Source: a virus | Taxonomy: Duplodnaviria > Caudoviricetes | Length of the DNA stretch: 62,874 nt | Reading direction: 5' to 3' (one strand) | IMG/VR virus record: IMGVR_UViG_3300009169_000024 | Span: 1 to 62,874 of that record | Shown: positions 7,595 through 16,573 of the stretch, in pieces | Position numbering within the stretch: the first letter of the stretch is position 1 | How the letters are laid out: every line of letters starts with the position of its first letter | The notes under the pieces: generated by a model | What the model was told of the DNA's origin: nothing | Seen by the model: only the letters and a program-made list of their open reading frames with translations | The model's database searches: none | Position numbers and translations under genes: made by a program

Positions 7595-7899
7595 GGCTTC
7601 ACCTCACCGTCCAGCCGTCCCCTTCCGTTGCAACGCTGGCACTGGCGCTCCCCGGACTCATCCAGCCCGCTTCCGTCGCATAGCGGGCATGGCTTCACCT
7701 CACCGTCTAGGGCGCGGATGGCGATGCACAGATCGCAGGTGCAGTCGTCCCCGGCGCACATATAGGGTCGCGCCGCGTCCACTACCGCTTGTAGGCGCTC
7801 CCACTCCTCCCACGGCACGATGGCGAACGGCCCGCCGCTGTCGTAGAGCAGCACCTCCTCGTCGTGGCCGGTCAGGTAGGCGCGTCGAACGTCACTCAT
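7591..7899 (-). CDS. array protein extended by a DnaJ-type zinc-finger unit
   Basis: ATG at 7899; ERLQAVVDAAR...RALDGEVKP-CPLCDGSG..CQRCNGRG-RLDGEVKP. Confidence 0.7.
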   Translation of the reverse strand: MSDVRRAYLTGHDEEVLLYDSGGPFAIVPWEEWERLQAVVDAARPYMCAGDDCTCDLCIAIRALDGEVKPCPLCDGSGLDESGERQCQRCNGRGRLDGEVKP

Positions 7900-8054
7900 G
7901 GACCACCCTTCCCTTTCATCATCGCTCTCCAGTCCTTGTCGCTGACGAGCCCACTGATTCCCCACAGGAACTTGCCGGTGCGCTGATGGTAGGCGAGGCG
8001 CACGCGCTGGCTCCTCTTGCCTGCCCAGTAGATTGGGTACTGCCACCACTTCAT
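7896..8054 (-). CDS. 52-aa hypothetical protein (below cutoff)
   Basis: MKWWQYPIYWAGKRSQRVRLAYHQRTGKFLWGISGLVSDKDWRAMMKGKGGP; RBS GGAGGTG; ATGA overlap with 7899. Confidence 0.65.
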   Translation of the reverse strand: MKWWQYPIYWAGKRSQRVRLAYHQRTGKFLWGISGLVSDKDWRAMMKGKGGP

Positions 8055-8057
8055 GGC

Positions 8058-8558
8058 TCACCTCCCCCTGTAGCCGCAGCGATCCAGCCAGCGGAGGAAG
8101 CGCTGCCAGAGGCTCGGACGGTAGGTGATGGCGGCGACTTCCTCGCGGAACTCCGCGACGGCTTCGCTCACGCTCTTTTGCTTGGGTTCCATGCCGAGCC
8201 CAAACAGGAGCGTCATCTCCATCTGGGTGAGCTGCTGCTGGAGCTGCAGGCTCTGTCTCGCTCCCTCCCCCGGATCATCGAAGCGGAGGATGGCGTTCGA
8301 GCCGCAGTTCTTGCAGCGCTCCGGCTTCTCCTCGAAGCGGGAGCCGCAGTGGTCGCACTTCCACATCTCGATCTGCTGCATCCCTTGAAGCCCTGCGGGC
8401 CAGGAAGGGGTCATGCCCTGATTCTGCCAGAGCCCTGCGTACTGGTTCATCTGCTGCTGCGTGTTGCCTGGGTAGATTCCGCCGAAGCCTCCGTAGGGAT
8501 ACTCGCCGTAGAAGGAACCTGGGATGGGCCAGCGGTGATAGGCGTCCATGCTACCCAT
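8058..8558 (-). CDS. hypothetical protein with G/Y/Q-rich N-terminus and zinc ribbon
   Basis: CDHCGS...CKNCGS; ATG at 8558. Confidence 0.6.
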   Translation of the reverse strand: MGSMDAYHRWPIPGSFYGEYPYGGFGGIYPGNTQQQMNQYAGLWQNQGMTPSWPAGLQGMQQIEMWKCDHCGSRFEEKPERCKNCGSNAILRFDDPGEGARQSLQLQQQLTQMEMTLLFGLGMEPKQKSVSEAVAEFREEVAAITYRPSLWQRFLRWLDRCGYRGR

Positions 8559-8787
8559 TGCCGTTGACATCCACGACAGGCGGGGTGCGGAGCGGGAGGA
8601 TCTTGTTCCACAGCTTGTTCGGGATTGCCACGCTGTGGTGGTCCGCATTGAAGTCCCACTCGTCGTAGCACTGCGCTACCTCGCGGAGCAGGCCGCGCAG
8701 CGCTTCCGTCTCACACTTCTCGCAGTGTTCCGCGTGACCGTTCTTGTGCTCCTTGCACGCAGCGTAGGTATTGATGTGCTCACTCAT
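8551..8787 (-). CDS. hypothetical protein (CxxH..CxxC)
   Basis: Coupled ORF. Confidence 0.6.
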   Translation of the reverse strand: MSEHINTYAACKEHKNGHAEHCEKCETEALRGLLREVAQCYDEWDFNADHHSVAIPNKLWNKILPLRTPPVVDVNGNG

Positions 8788-8814
8788 GCCTTCTTTCCTT
8801 TCAAGTCGAACGGT

Positions 8815-9111
8815 TTACTCATCATCCTCCCACGAGGGGTCGTAGGTCTCAGACCAATCGTCAAACGATCCGCTGCCCTTGGGAGCTGCGAAGTCCTCGA
8901 TGCCGAGCGCGGTGACGGTGTCGTCGTAGAGGTGCTGGTAGGGAGTCCCCTTGCGCTCCACGCTCTTGACCTTCGCCGGGGAAATGATGCGGGCAGCCGG
9001 GAACGCGCAGAGCGGGCAGGGGGCAGGATCTCGCGGACTGAGTGGCTGGGCGACGTAGAAGACCTCGAACCGATGGCCGCAGCTGGGGCAGAGGTACTCA
9101 TAGATCGGCAT
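8815..9111 (-). CDS. FmdB-family zinc-ribbon protein
   Basis: MPIYEYLCPSCGHRFE...CPLC...RIIS signature. Confidence 0.8.
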   Translation of the reverse strand: MPIYEYLCPSCGHRFEVFYVAQPLSPRDPAPCPLCAFPAARIISPAKVKSVERKGTPYQHLYDDTVTALGIEDFAAPKGSGSFDDWSETYDPSWEDDE

Positions 9112-9391
9112 CGTCAGCCTCCGGCTCCCAGTCCGTCTTCGGGATTCCAATCCCCGCCCGCTCCAGATCCATCCAGCGGTCCATGGCCTCCTGCCAGAGC
9201 GCCTTGGCGAACGGGACCATCGGACACTTCGGCTCGTGGAGCACCCCGTCGATGGTCTCTTCGACTTCCTTGCATGTGCAGATGGGCAGCTGGTGGCTGT
9301 CCCTTGCAATCTCCAACAGCCTGGATGCTTCCTCTCGCACTCCGGGGTTCTGCCACAGGTAACGCCCTACCAATCCACGGCTCATCGGCAC
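9098..9391 (-). CDS. hypothetical protein
   Basis: First gene of the minus-strand block; RBS GGAGGTG; start may be ATG at 9385. Confidence 0.6.
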   Translation of the reverse strand: MPMSRGLVGRYLWQNPGVREEASRLLEIARDSHQLPICTCKEVEETIDGVLHEPKCPMVPFAKALWQEAMDRWMDLERAGIGIPKTDWEPEADDADL

Positions 9392-9497
9392 CTCCCGAAC
9401 CTCACGTCCTGGCGCGGGTCCGACATCGAAACTTCCATACTCTTTCTCCTTTATGGCCTACTCGGGTTTACCACAGGGGGCCGGGCCGGTCAAGCTC

Positions 9498-9541
9498 CAG
9501 CCCGGCTCTCCCCTCGCAAAGCTCGGGGGAGAGCTGGGCTG
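9498..9541. repeat. 16-bp hairpin with TCGCAAAGC loop
   Basis: cagcccggctctcccc / ggggagagctgggctg with one G:T pair. Confidence 0.8.
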
Positions 9542-9563
9542 TAAAAGAGCGCGATTTTAGGGA

Positions 9564-9592
9564 TTGACCCTTGACACGTTGTGGCCTACGAT
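9564..9592 (+). promoter_or_regulatory. sigma70-type promoter
   Basis: TTGACC-17 bp-TACGAT upstream of the wHTH gene. Confidence 0.6.
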
Positions 9593-9626
9593 CAATGGTG
9601 ACACTCGCCAGAAAGAGAGAAGGCGC

Positions 9627-9881
9627 ATGAAAGGGCTACGCAAAGTCACGGATCGGCAGATTTTACTCAAGATCAACGCTCTCAGCCCGGCGCGGATGTC
9701 AACGCTCGCCAGCGAGCTTGGGGTCACACGACAGGCAATGTCCTACCGGCTGCAGCGCCTGGAGCGGCTCAGAAAAGTGAGCCGAACGAAGGGCAACAAG
9801 TCCATCAGGGAGCCTGACCTGTGGCGCTTGTGCGGAGATAAGGAGCTACCGAAAAATGGCGGACCTATGGGCAACCGATAG
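9627..9881 (+). CDS. winged-helix transcriptional regulator
   Basis: DRQILL..MSTLASELGVTRQAMSYRLQRL (AsnC/MarR-like HTH). Confidence 0.8.
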   Translation: MKGLRKVTDRQILLKINALSPARMSTLASELGVTRQAMSYRLQRLERLRKVSRTKGNKSIREPDLWRLCGDKELPKNGGPMGNR

Positions 9882-10290
9882 CGGACGGGCGGCAATGGCC
9901 GACTACTTCGAGCGCCTGACCCGCGCTCCCTCTGGCGTTTACAGCGCCCTGCTGTTCCTCCACGAGAACCCCCAGGACTTCACGGAGCACTGGGCGCTCC
10001 TCACCAAAACCACGAAGCGCCCCAAGTGGGAGCGCCTGGCCAACGACGGTTTCATCAAGTACCACTACTCCAAGAGGCGGCGCAAGGCCAAACCTCTCTA
10101 CACCCTGGCCGATGAGAACGTGACCTGGCTCCTGATCGAGGTGCTGCAGCTTATCCTCCGCAGAATTGAGAAGGAACGCGCCTCCGCCAGGGCACTCCTC
10201 CGCTACGCATCGTCCGGTCCAGAAAAGGGGGAATTCGAGCAGACTCTCGTTTTTTCCCCAAGGCCAAGAGATTGGACCGGACTCGGCTGA
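9856..10290 (+). CDS. hypothetical protein, possible DNA-binding
   Basis: RBS AAGGAG; basic segment with LANDGFI..YTLAD resembling a wHTH wing. Confidence 0.6.
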   Translation: MADLWATDSGRAAMADYFERLTRAPSGVYSALLFLHENPQDFTEHWALLTKTTKRPKWERLANDGFIKYHYSKRRRKAKPLYTLADENVTWLLIEVLQLILRRIEKERASARALLRYASSGPEKGEFEQTLVFSPRPRDWTGLG

Positions 10291-10301
10291 CGGGTTGCCC
10301 A

Positions 10302-10331
10302 TTGACAATGGGCTATCTCCAAGCCTATGTT
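10302..10331 (+). promoter_or_regulatory. possible sigma70-type promoter for the late operon
   Basis: TTGACA-18 bp-TATGTT upstream of terS. Confidence 0.4.
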
Positions 10332-10485
10332 TAGGATGACTTGAAGCTCCTAGCGAGGCCGGACCCCCTCGCGACCGCCGCTCTGGTACGCTGACTGGCA
10401 GTGATGAGCATGGAGCCAGGCAACCGACCGAATCCGCCCCAGTGCGCGGAGCGGCCAGCGGTGTCATGGACGCGGAGGGACCGGC

Positions 10486-11211
10486 ATGAATGACCCCGAT
10501 GGGAAGAAGCTCGCGCTCGCCCTTGGCTTCATGGACGATGAAAGCCTCGACCAGGTGCTGCAGACGCACCCCACGGTCCAGGCTTACATGGCCGGAGCCG
10601 TCACCTTCACTGAGGCCATGTTCATCGAGGAGTACCTGAGCAACGGCTTCAACCACGCAGCTGCGATGAGGTCGGTTGAGGCCAGGGCGCTCCAGCTCCA
10701 GGCGTATGAGCGCGTCGGGCGCTTCCTGATGAAGAAGGCGGTCGTCCGCCGACTGCTCGCAAGGCGACTCGCTGAGCAGGCCCTGGCGGCTGACGAAGTG
10801 CTGGCGCAGCTCGCCAGCGTGGCTACCGCCTCAATGGAAGACTTCGTTGATGTCAGGCCGGTGACGGACCCGGTGACCGAGCAGGAGATGTGGATCGCCG
10901 TTCCTGACATCAGGAAGGCAAGGGACTCCGGCAAGCTCCACCTGGCCAAAGAGTTGACCTATGACAAAGAAGGCACCGTCAAGATCAAGCTCCGCGATGC
11001 CGACAAGGCGCTCGACATGCTGGCGAAACACCTCGGCCTGTTCGAGCTGGACAACCTCCAGAAGGTGCCGACCGAGATTGCAGAGCTTCTGAAGCTGTCC
11101 GCCGCCGAGAAGAAAGAGCGGCTGTCCGAGTACCGCAACATGATGGAATGGAGTCAGCCGAGTGAGGGGAACCTTCCTCCCAGCACAGACGAAGCAGCTC
11201 CTGAAGAGTGA
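10486..11211 (+). CDS. terS: terminase small subunit
   Basis: FIEEYL..FNHAAA HTH; DEVLAQLASVA; KIKLRDADKALDMLAKHLGLF C-terminal motif; position before terL. Confidence 0.9.
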   Translation: MNDPDGKKLALALGFMDDESLDQVLQTHPTVQAYMAGAVTFTEAMFIEEYLSNGFNHAAAMRSVEARALQLQAYERVGRFLMKKAVVRRLLARRLAEQALAADEVLAQLASVATASMEDFVDVRPVTDPVTEQEMWIAVPDIRKARDSGKLHLAKELTYDKEGTVKIKLRDADKALDMLAKHLGLFELDNLQKVPTEIAELLKLSAAEKKERLSEYRNMMEWSQPSEGNLPPSTDEAAPEE

Positions 11212-11914
11212 GGGCGACGAAACCCTCGCCCTCGTTGCTATGCAGCAGGAGCTGGATGAGGCTTTCTCGAAGGACTGCTGGAGATGGATGTGCTCGTGCG
11301 TCTTCACCGTTGACGAAGCCCAGTTCGGAATGCGCGGCGCAGCCAAGATCCGCCCCTGGCCGCAGCACCTACAGTATCTGCGCGAGGTGCTTGCGGTCCT
11401 CCTCAGTGAGCCGCTCGTCATGATCCCCAAGTCCCGCCGCGTCATGGTGTCCTGGCTCGTCGCCGCGTATTTCGTCTGGGTTGCCAGGTATCAGGACCAC
11501 GCGGCTCTGTTCTGGCAGTCAGAAACCGAGAAGAAGGCGGCGTACATCGTGGATCAGCGCTGCCACTTCATCGAGACCCACATCAAACCACCGGAGTTCC
11601 GGCGCAGGATCACCACGATCAAGACGAAGGACTCCCTCATCGGCCAGATGAACTACCCGAACGGGAGCTACATCTGGGCGGTGCCTCAGGGCGGCGACGT
11701 GCTGCGCACCTACACGGCGACGAAGGTGATGATGGACGAGTGCGAGTTCCAGCCGCAGGCCCCTGGCGCGGTGAGAGCCCTCCTGCCCATGGTCGAGAAG
11801 GGCTCGCAGGCGATCCTCGTCTCGTCCTCGAACGGCCCCATCGGCGTGATGGCAGAGATGTGCAACGCAATTGGCTTTTCTAATTGGTCTGACATCAGTA
11901 GGATAGCGAACTAG
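11162..11914 (+). CDS. terL: terminase large subunit, ATPase half
   Basis: PWPQHLQY adenine-binding region; IPKSRRVMVSW deviant Walker A; VMMDECEF Walker B; VSSSNG coupling motif; ends before any nuclease domain. Confidence 0.85.
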   Translation: MRGTFLPAQTKQLLKSEGDETLALVAMQQELDEAFSKDCWRWMCSCVFTVDEAQFGMRGAAKIRPWPQHLQYLREVLAVLLSEPLVMIPKSRRVMVSWLVAAYFVWVARYQDHAALFWQSETEKKAAYIVDQRCHFIETHIKPPEFRRRITTIKTKDSLIGQMNYPNGSYIWAVPQGGDVLRTYTATKVMMDECEFQPQAPGAVRALLPMVEKGSQAILVSSSNGPIGVMAEMCNAIGFSNWSDISRIAN

Positions 11915-11923
11915 GAGGTGAGC

Positions 11924-12484
11924 ATGCCAATCCCCAGCAGAGGCCAGCTCGGCCAGATGGCCAACCCACAGTTCCAAGACCCGGCCCAGGCCAGAAACCT
12001 CGCCGGATTCCCGGCAGGGGCGAAGCCGAAGCCGATGCCGCCGCAGGGTGGTTTTGCCCGCCCGCAGGGGCCGGGACTCCCGCCGCCGCAGCCCGGCATG
12101 CCCGGCATGGGTCCGAGCGGCCAGATCCCGCCAGGGATGACACCGGGCTCGCAGTACGGTAACGCCCGCGAGGTGCTTTTCAACAACCTCTTCACCCAGC
12201 CAGCGCAGAACATGCGCGGACCGCAGCCTGGACAGATCGGGCCGCTGCAGCGTCTCGGAGGGCAGCCAGGGCAGAAGCCCATGCAGCCCATGCCTGGCAC
12301 GCTGACAGCTGCCGGTCAGCCGCAGCCCTGGCAGCCATACGCTGGCCAGCCCCCGCAGGCAGGTCCGTCGAGGGTGCCGCCTGGGATGCCGCAGGGACCG
12401 CAGCAGAAGCCTCCTGGTCAGGGAGGTAACCAGATGCCCAACCTCGGGACGGTTCCTCCTGGTGGCCTGGGTGGCGGGAAGTAG
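11924..12484 (+). CDS. Pro/Gln/Gly/Met-rich low-complexity protein between the terL halves
   Basis: RBS AGGAGGTG; 186 aa with almost no acidic residues; same frame as both terL halves. Confidence 0.7.
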   Translation: MPIPSRGQLGQMANPQFQDPAQARNLAGFPAGAKPKPMPPQGGFARPQGPGLPPPQPGMPGMGPSGQIPPGMTPGSQYGNAREVLFNNLFTQPAQNMRGPQPGQIGPLQRLGGQPGQKPMQPMPGTLTAAGQPQPWQPYAGQPPQAGPSRVPPGMPQGPQQKPPGQGGNQMPNLGTVPPGGLGGGK

Positions 12485-13396
12485 ATGCCAGCACTCCCCC
12501 CAGTCCGCGTCCTGGAAAGCCCAAAGGGCTGGAAGATCGTTCCGGTCCACTACTCCATGGACCCGGAGAAGGACGTGGAATGGGTCGCCCACATGAAGCG
12601 CAGGGGCGACATCGACGACTGGGAGAAAGAGATGGAGATCAACTTCTCGTCAGTCGCTGGCGTGCGTTGCTTCGAGGCATTCTCCCTCCTGGCCAACACC
12701 GTGGACGAGGCCATCTACGAGCCGGTGCTGCCTCTCCGGCTGACCTGCGACTTCAACGTCGATCCCATGGCATGGCTCGTCTGCCAGATCAACAACAACA
12801 AGCTCTACGTGTTGCGCGAAATCTGGTCCTCGCCCGGCAGCGTCGTCGAGAACTGCGAGAAGTTCCTCAACGACTACGGCGACCACTACGGCGAAGTCTT
12901 CGTCTATGGTGACGCCTCGGGGAACGCCAGGTCGCAGAGAGACCAGCGCTCGAACTACGACGAGATCGCGCTCCAGCTGATGAACCGCCCGTTCAAGCTG
13001 CGCATGCGCGTCCCATCGAAGAACGCGAGCAACATCAATTCGGTCAGGGCTGTCAACCGCAGGCTCAAGGACCAATGGGGCAACCCCATGATCTTCATGG
13101 ATAGAGCCCACTGCAAGAACCTCCTGCTTGACCTGTCGCAGGTCGTCTGGCAGGAGGGCGAATCGAAGTCGATCAAGAAGACGCGGAACCGGGAAGACCC
13201 CTACTTCTACCGTGGCCATGCCGCCGATGCGCTCTGCGCCCTCGTCCACCGGGAATGGCCGACGAGGACGGAACGCTCGGCTGCTGAAGAGAAGCGCGAC
13301 GAAGACGAGATCAACGAGAAGAAGCGCGAGAGCGGCAGGGGCAACAAGAAGATGAAGCCGCGCAAGCCAAAGATCCGCGCTGCCTTTCCAGACTAG
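12485..13396 (+). CDS. terL: terminase large subunit, RNase H-like nuclease half
   Basis: HYSMDPEK and WEKEMEINF linker motifs; TCDFNVDPM; YGDASG; GHAADAL acidic motifs. Confidence 0.85.
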   Translation: MPALPPVRVLESPKGWKIVPVHYSMDPEKDVEWVAHMKRRGDIDDWEKEMEINFSSVAGVRCFEAFSLLANTVDEAIYEPVLPLRLTCDFNVDPMAWLVCQINNNKLYVLREIWSSPGSVVENCEKFLNDYGDHYGEVFVYGDASGNARSQRDQRSNYDEIALQLMNRPFKLRMRVPSKNASNINSVRAVNRRLKDQWGNPMIFMDRAHCKNLLLDLSQVVWQEGESKSIKKTRNREDPYFYRGHAADALCALVHREWPTRTERSAAEEKRDEDEINEKKRESGRGNKKMKPRKPKIRAAFPD

Positions 13397-13404
13397 GAGA
13401 CACT

Positions 13405-13797
13405 ATGCCGACTCATGCACTCGCGGGCATCCTCGGATCGAAGGCTGGCCTCCACGGGCTACTGAACAAGACGACAGCTTCGTTCTTCCGCATCGCGGCT
13501 GCGGGGACGACGAGCGCTGAGATCCCATGCTCTGGGTACAAGCTCACCGCCCTGCTGGTTCCAGACAACTTCACCGGGGCGGCGCTCACCCTCCACGGCA
13601 AGGTGAGGTCCGACCAGAGCCTGAAGCCCGTCTACCAGTGGGTCGGCGGGACGAGGACTCAGGTGAAGCTGACGGATGTGGCGTCTGGCAACATCCTCTG
13701 GTTCCCTGAGCCCATCGAGGGCTTCTACAGCTTGGCCCTTGAAGCCGCGAGCCAGACCTACTCAATCGTCATCGTCCCCCGTTTCGCCAAGTGCTGA
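13405..13797 (+). CDS. beta-rich protein, paralog 1
   Basis: GKVRSDQSLKPVYQWVGGTRTQVKL..LWFPEPIEG shared with next gene. Confidence 0.75.
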   Translation: MPTHALAGILGSKAGLHGLLNKTTASFFRIAAAGTTSAEIPCSGYKLTALLVPDNFTGAALTLHGKVRSDQSLKPVYQWVGGTRTQVKLTDVASGNILWFPEPIEGFYSLALEAASQTYSIVIVPRFAKC

Positions 13798-13805
13798 GGT
13801 GAGAC

Positions 13806-14144
13806 ATGGCTAACAGAGATGAAGTCTTCACAGCACCAGGCGGCGGGACCACAACCAACGAAATCGCCGTTGGCAGCGACGCTCTCTACACCCTCCAGAT
13901 CCCGGCATCAGGGATGGAGGGGACCAACGTCGCCGTCTACGGGAAGGTGCGGGCGGACCAGGCCGCAGTGAAGCCGGTCTACTCCTGGTCAGGCACGACC
14001 AGGACGCAGATCAAGTTGACCGGGGTCGCGGCTGGCGATCTGCTCTGGTTCCCGACGCCAATCGACGGCCTCCACAGCATCGCGCTTGTGGTGGACTCCC
14101 AGACCGGAGACTCGATTATCACTCCGAGCTGGAGATCGGTGTAA
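13806..14144 (+). CDS. beta-rich protein, paralog 2
   Basis: GKVRADQAAVKPVYSWSGTTRTQIKL..LWFPTPIDG. Confidence 0.75.
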   Translation: MANRDEVFTAPGGGTTTNEIAVGSDALYTLQIPASGMEGTNVAVYGKVRADQAAVKPVYSWSGTTRTQIKLTGVAAGDLLWFPTPIDGLHSIALVVDSQTGDSIITPSWRSV

Positions 14145-14147
14145 CCC

Positions 14148-16172
14148 ATGGCAGCCGTAGAGCCAGAAGACACGCAAACGCTCGAAGTTGACATCGAGTC
14201 CATCAGCGTCGTCGAAAGGCCGCTGGAGGAGAAGCTCGATTACGAGGACGGGAAGGAACTCCACACCAAGATCCTCGACAAGCTGATTGCGCGGCGGGAC
14301 TACTCCGTCGAGCACTGCGAGGAGCGGTATGAGGAGTGGGACCGGGTCAGGAAACACCTCAAGCTATACATCGACCTGAAGGCCAAGGCCCGCCTGGGCG
14401 ACAAGACCTCCGATGAGTCAGCGCGTGAGATGCCGTTCCAGAGATCCGTCGCGATCCCGGTCTCCTACGCCAACCTGCATGTGCTGCTGACGCAGATGTC
14501 GTCGATCTTCACGGCCCGCAACCCGATGATCCAGCTGTCCGGGCGCGGACCCGAGGATGTCTTCCGGGCGAAGATGATGGAAGTGCTCCTCGCCTACGAC
14601 AACCAGCAGACCAAGGCGTTCAGCGCTCTCTACTCGATGTTCCAGGACGCCCTGGCATTCGGAACCGGCATCACCTACGACTCCTGGGAAATCGAGAGCG
14701 GAGCCAAGTTCGAGTACCAGCCACTGGCGGTGCCAGGCGTTCCTGCAGAACTGCTCACGGCCTACCTCGGCCCGCTCGCCTACACGCCCATCCGAACGAT
14801 TGGTGTGCGCCGCGAGTACAACCGCTGGAAGCCGGTTGACCCCTACAAGTTCCGGCCTGACCCGCGTGTCGCCTTCTGGAATCTGCAGGACGGCGAGTTC
14901 TGCGGCCATGCCTACGAGGTGGGCTACAACGCGCTGAAGAAGAAGGAGGCCCCGTTCGGCCCCTACTTCAACCTCAGCCACATCCCGAAGTTCGCGAAGA
15001 ACATGGACAGCCGCCACGAGAAACGCGGCACGGACGGCATGAACGAAAGCTCGTTCAACCTGATGAGCCGGGACGAGAAGGACCGTGGCTACTTCGCCGC
15101 CGAAACTATGGTGGTGGAGCTGATCCCGAAGGACTGGGGAATCTCCGACGACGACTTCCCGATGAAGTATGTCTTCACCTGGATCGACGACGAGGTCATC
15201 ATCAGGGCGCACGAGCTGCCCAACGTCCACCAGCAGTTCCCGTACTCGGTAGCTGAGAGCGACCCCGATTTCCACTCGACCTGGAGCCCTGGCATCATCG
15301 AGCTGATCGAGCCGATGCAGCGCTACATCAACTGGCTCTTCAACAGTCACATCGAGAACATCACCTCGGTCCTCAACAACCAGTGGGTCTACTCGCCGCG
15401 CTTCATCGAGCGCAATGACCTGGAGTACGGCGGGCCTGGCGAGCACATCCGGTTGAAGAACGAGGCCGTTGAGATGATGCTCTCCGGCGAGATCGCAGAT
15501 GTCCGGCAGTTCTTCTTCCAGGTGCCGATCCAGGACGTGACCGGCCCGAGCTACATGAATGCAGTGCAGTACCTCTACCAGATGGTGCAGCTGCTGTCCG
15601 GGGCAAACGACCCCATGTCTGGCATCCAGCTGCCCACCGAGCGCAGCGCGACGGAGATCCACACAATCACGGCCAAGGCGAGCGACCGGCTTGCGATCCT
15701 GGCCAAGCTCAGCGACGAGAACGCGATCCAGCCGCTCATCCAGCGCTCCATTCTCAACCGGCAGCAGTTCACCCAGATGGCGCAGTATTACCGCATCCTC
15801 GGGGAGTTCGCCCAAGAGTACGGGATGGACTCCATCTTCGTGGAAATGCAGGACTTGCAGGGCGAGTTCGACTACATCCCGATCAGTGGGATCATGCCGG
15901 AAGACCCGGCCAGGTCGGCGCAGGCGTGGTCGCAGATCATGGCATCAGCCGCCCAGAACCCGGCCCTGCAGCAGCCCGGCCCCGATGGTAGACAGCTCGA
16001 CTTCCGCAAGGTTTTCGACACCATCGCCCAGAAGATGGGGATCACAAACATCGGGCGCTACTACATGGACGTGCAGGTTGTCCCCGACGAAGAGGCCATG
16101 GCTCAGGAGCAGGCCGGAAACTTCCTTCCCGTGCAAGCTCCTGGCAATGCTATGCTTCCGGCAGGAGGATAG
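14148..16172 (+). CDS. portal protein (podovirus-type)
   Basis: 674 aa after terminase; DALAFGTG, VDPYKFRPDP, GIIELIEPMQ, ERSATEI motifs. Confidence 0.9.
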   Translation: MAAVEPEDTQTLEVDIESISVVERPLEEKLDYEDGKELHTKILDKLIARRDYSVEHCEERYEEWDRVRKHLKLYIDLKAKARLGDKTSDESAREMPFQRSVAIPVSYANLHVLLTQMSSIFTARNPMIQLSGRGPEDVFRAKMMEVLLAYDNQQTKAFSALYSMFQDALAFGTGITYDSWEIESGAKFEYQPLAVPGVPAELLTAYLGPLAYTPIRTIGVRREYNRWKPVDPYKFRPDPRVAFWNLQDGEFCGHAYEVGYNALKKKEAPFGPYFNLSHIPKFAKNMDSRHEKRGTDGMNESSFNLMSRDEKDRGYFAAETMVVELIPKDWGISDDDFPMKYVFTWIDDEVIIRAHELPNVHQQFPYSVAESDPDFHSTWSPGIIELIEPMQRYINWLFNSHIENITSVLNNQWVYSPRFIERNDLEYGGPGEHIRLKNEAVEMMLSGEIADVRQFFFQVPIQDVTGPSYMNAVQYLYQMVQLLSGANDPMSGIQLPTERSATEIHTITAKASDRLAILAKLSDENAIQPLIQRSILNRQQFTQMAQYYRILGEFAQEYGMDSIFVEMQDLQGEFDYIPISGIMPEDPARSAQAWSQIMASAAQNPALQQPGPDGRQLDFRKVFDTIAQKMGITNIGRYYMDVQVVPDEEAMAQEQAGNFLPVQAPGNAMLPAGG

Positions 16173-16174
16173 CG

Positions 16175-16573
16175 ATGGCACAATATCCAGCTCGGCTCGA
16201 AACGAGACTGGAAGAGAAGGAGAGGGAGTTCGACCTGCTCGACCAGGTCTACCCTCGCGCCCTCGCTCGCGTCCAGGGGAAAGACGAGGAGTGGGAAGCT
16301 AAGAAGAAGGCAATCGAGGTGAAGATCGCAAGATCCATCCTCCTCTACAAGTTCGACGACCCCCCTCACAAGGCAGTTGCCATTCTCGCCCAGCTTCAGT
16401 CTGAGTGCAGGGAACTGCTGCAGCCACAGAAGATAGTCGACGACTGGCAAGAAGTCAGGCGTGAGCTGAACTTCCTCCATCAAGAGGTGGAGAAGCAGAA
16501 GGAGACGATGACCCGCGCAGAAAAAGCCTACACCCAAGAGACTGACAGGTGGAGGAATCGTGCGATCAGCTAA
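16175..16573 (+). CDS. helical hypothetical protein
   Basis: RBS AGGAGG; lies between portal and scaffold. Confidence 0.7.
   Translation: MAQYPARLETRLEEKEREFDLLDQVYPRALARVQGKDEEWEAKKKAIEVKIARSILLYKFDDPPHKAVAILAQLQSECRELLQPQKIVDDWQEVRRELNFLHQEVEKQKETMTRAEKAYTQETDRWRNRAIS

Larger units (their letters stand above)
6617..7720. repeat. array of six copies of CATGGCTTCACCTCACC plus a second block CGCGCCGCGTCCA-CACCGCTTG
   Basis: Core copies start at 6621, 6845, 7153, 7350, 7592, 7688; second block near 6746, 6937, 7448, 7770. Confidence 0.95.

Noticed and set aside
6617-7720. CRISPR array
   Set aside because: Spacing is 96-308 bp and irregular, the intervening DNA is protein-coding, and no cas genes are present.
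11915-12484. Intein or group I/II intron in terL
   Set aside because: No Cys/Ser start or His-Asn end, no endonuclease or RT motifs, bounded by stop codons and has its own RBS.
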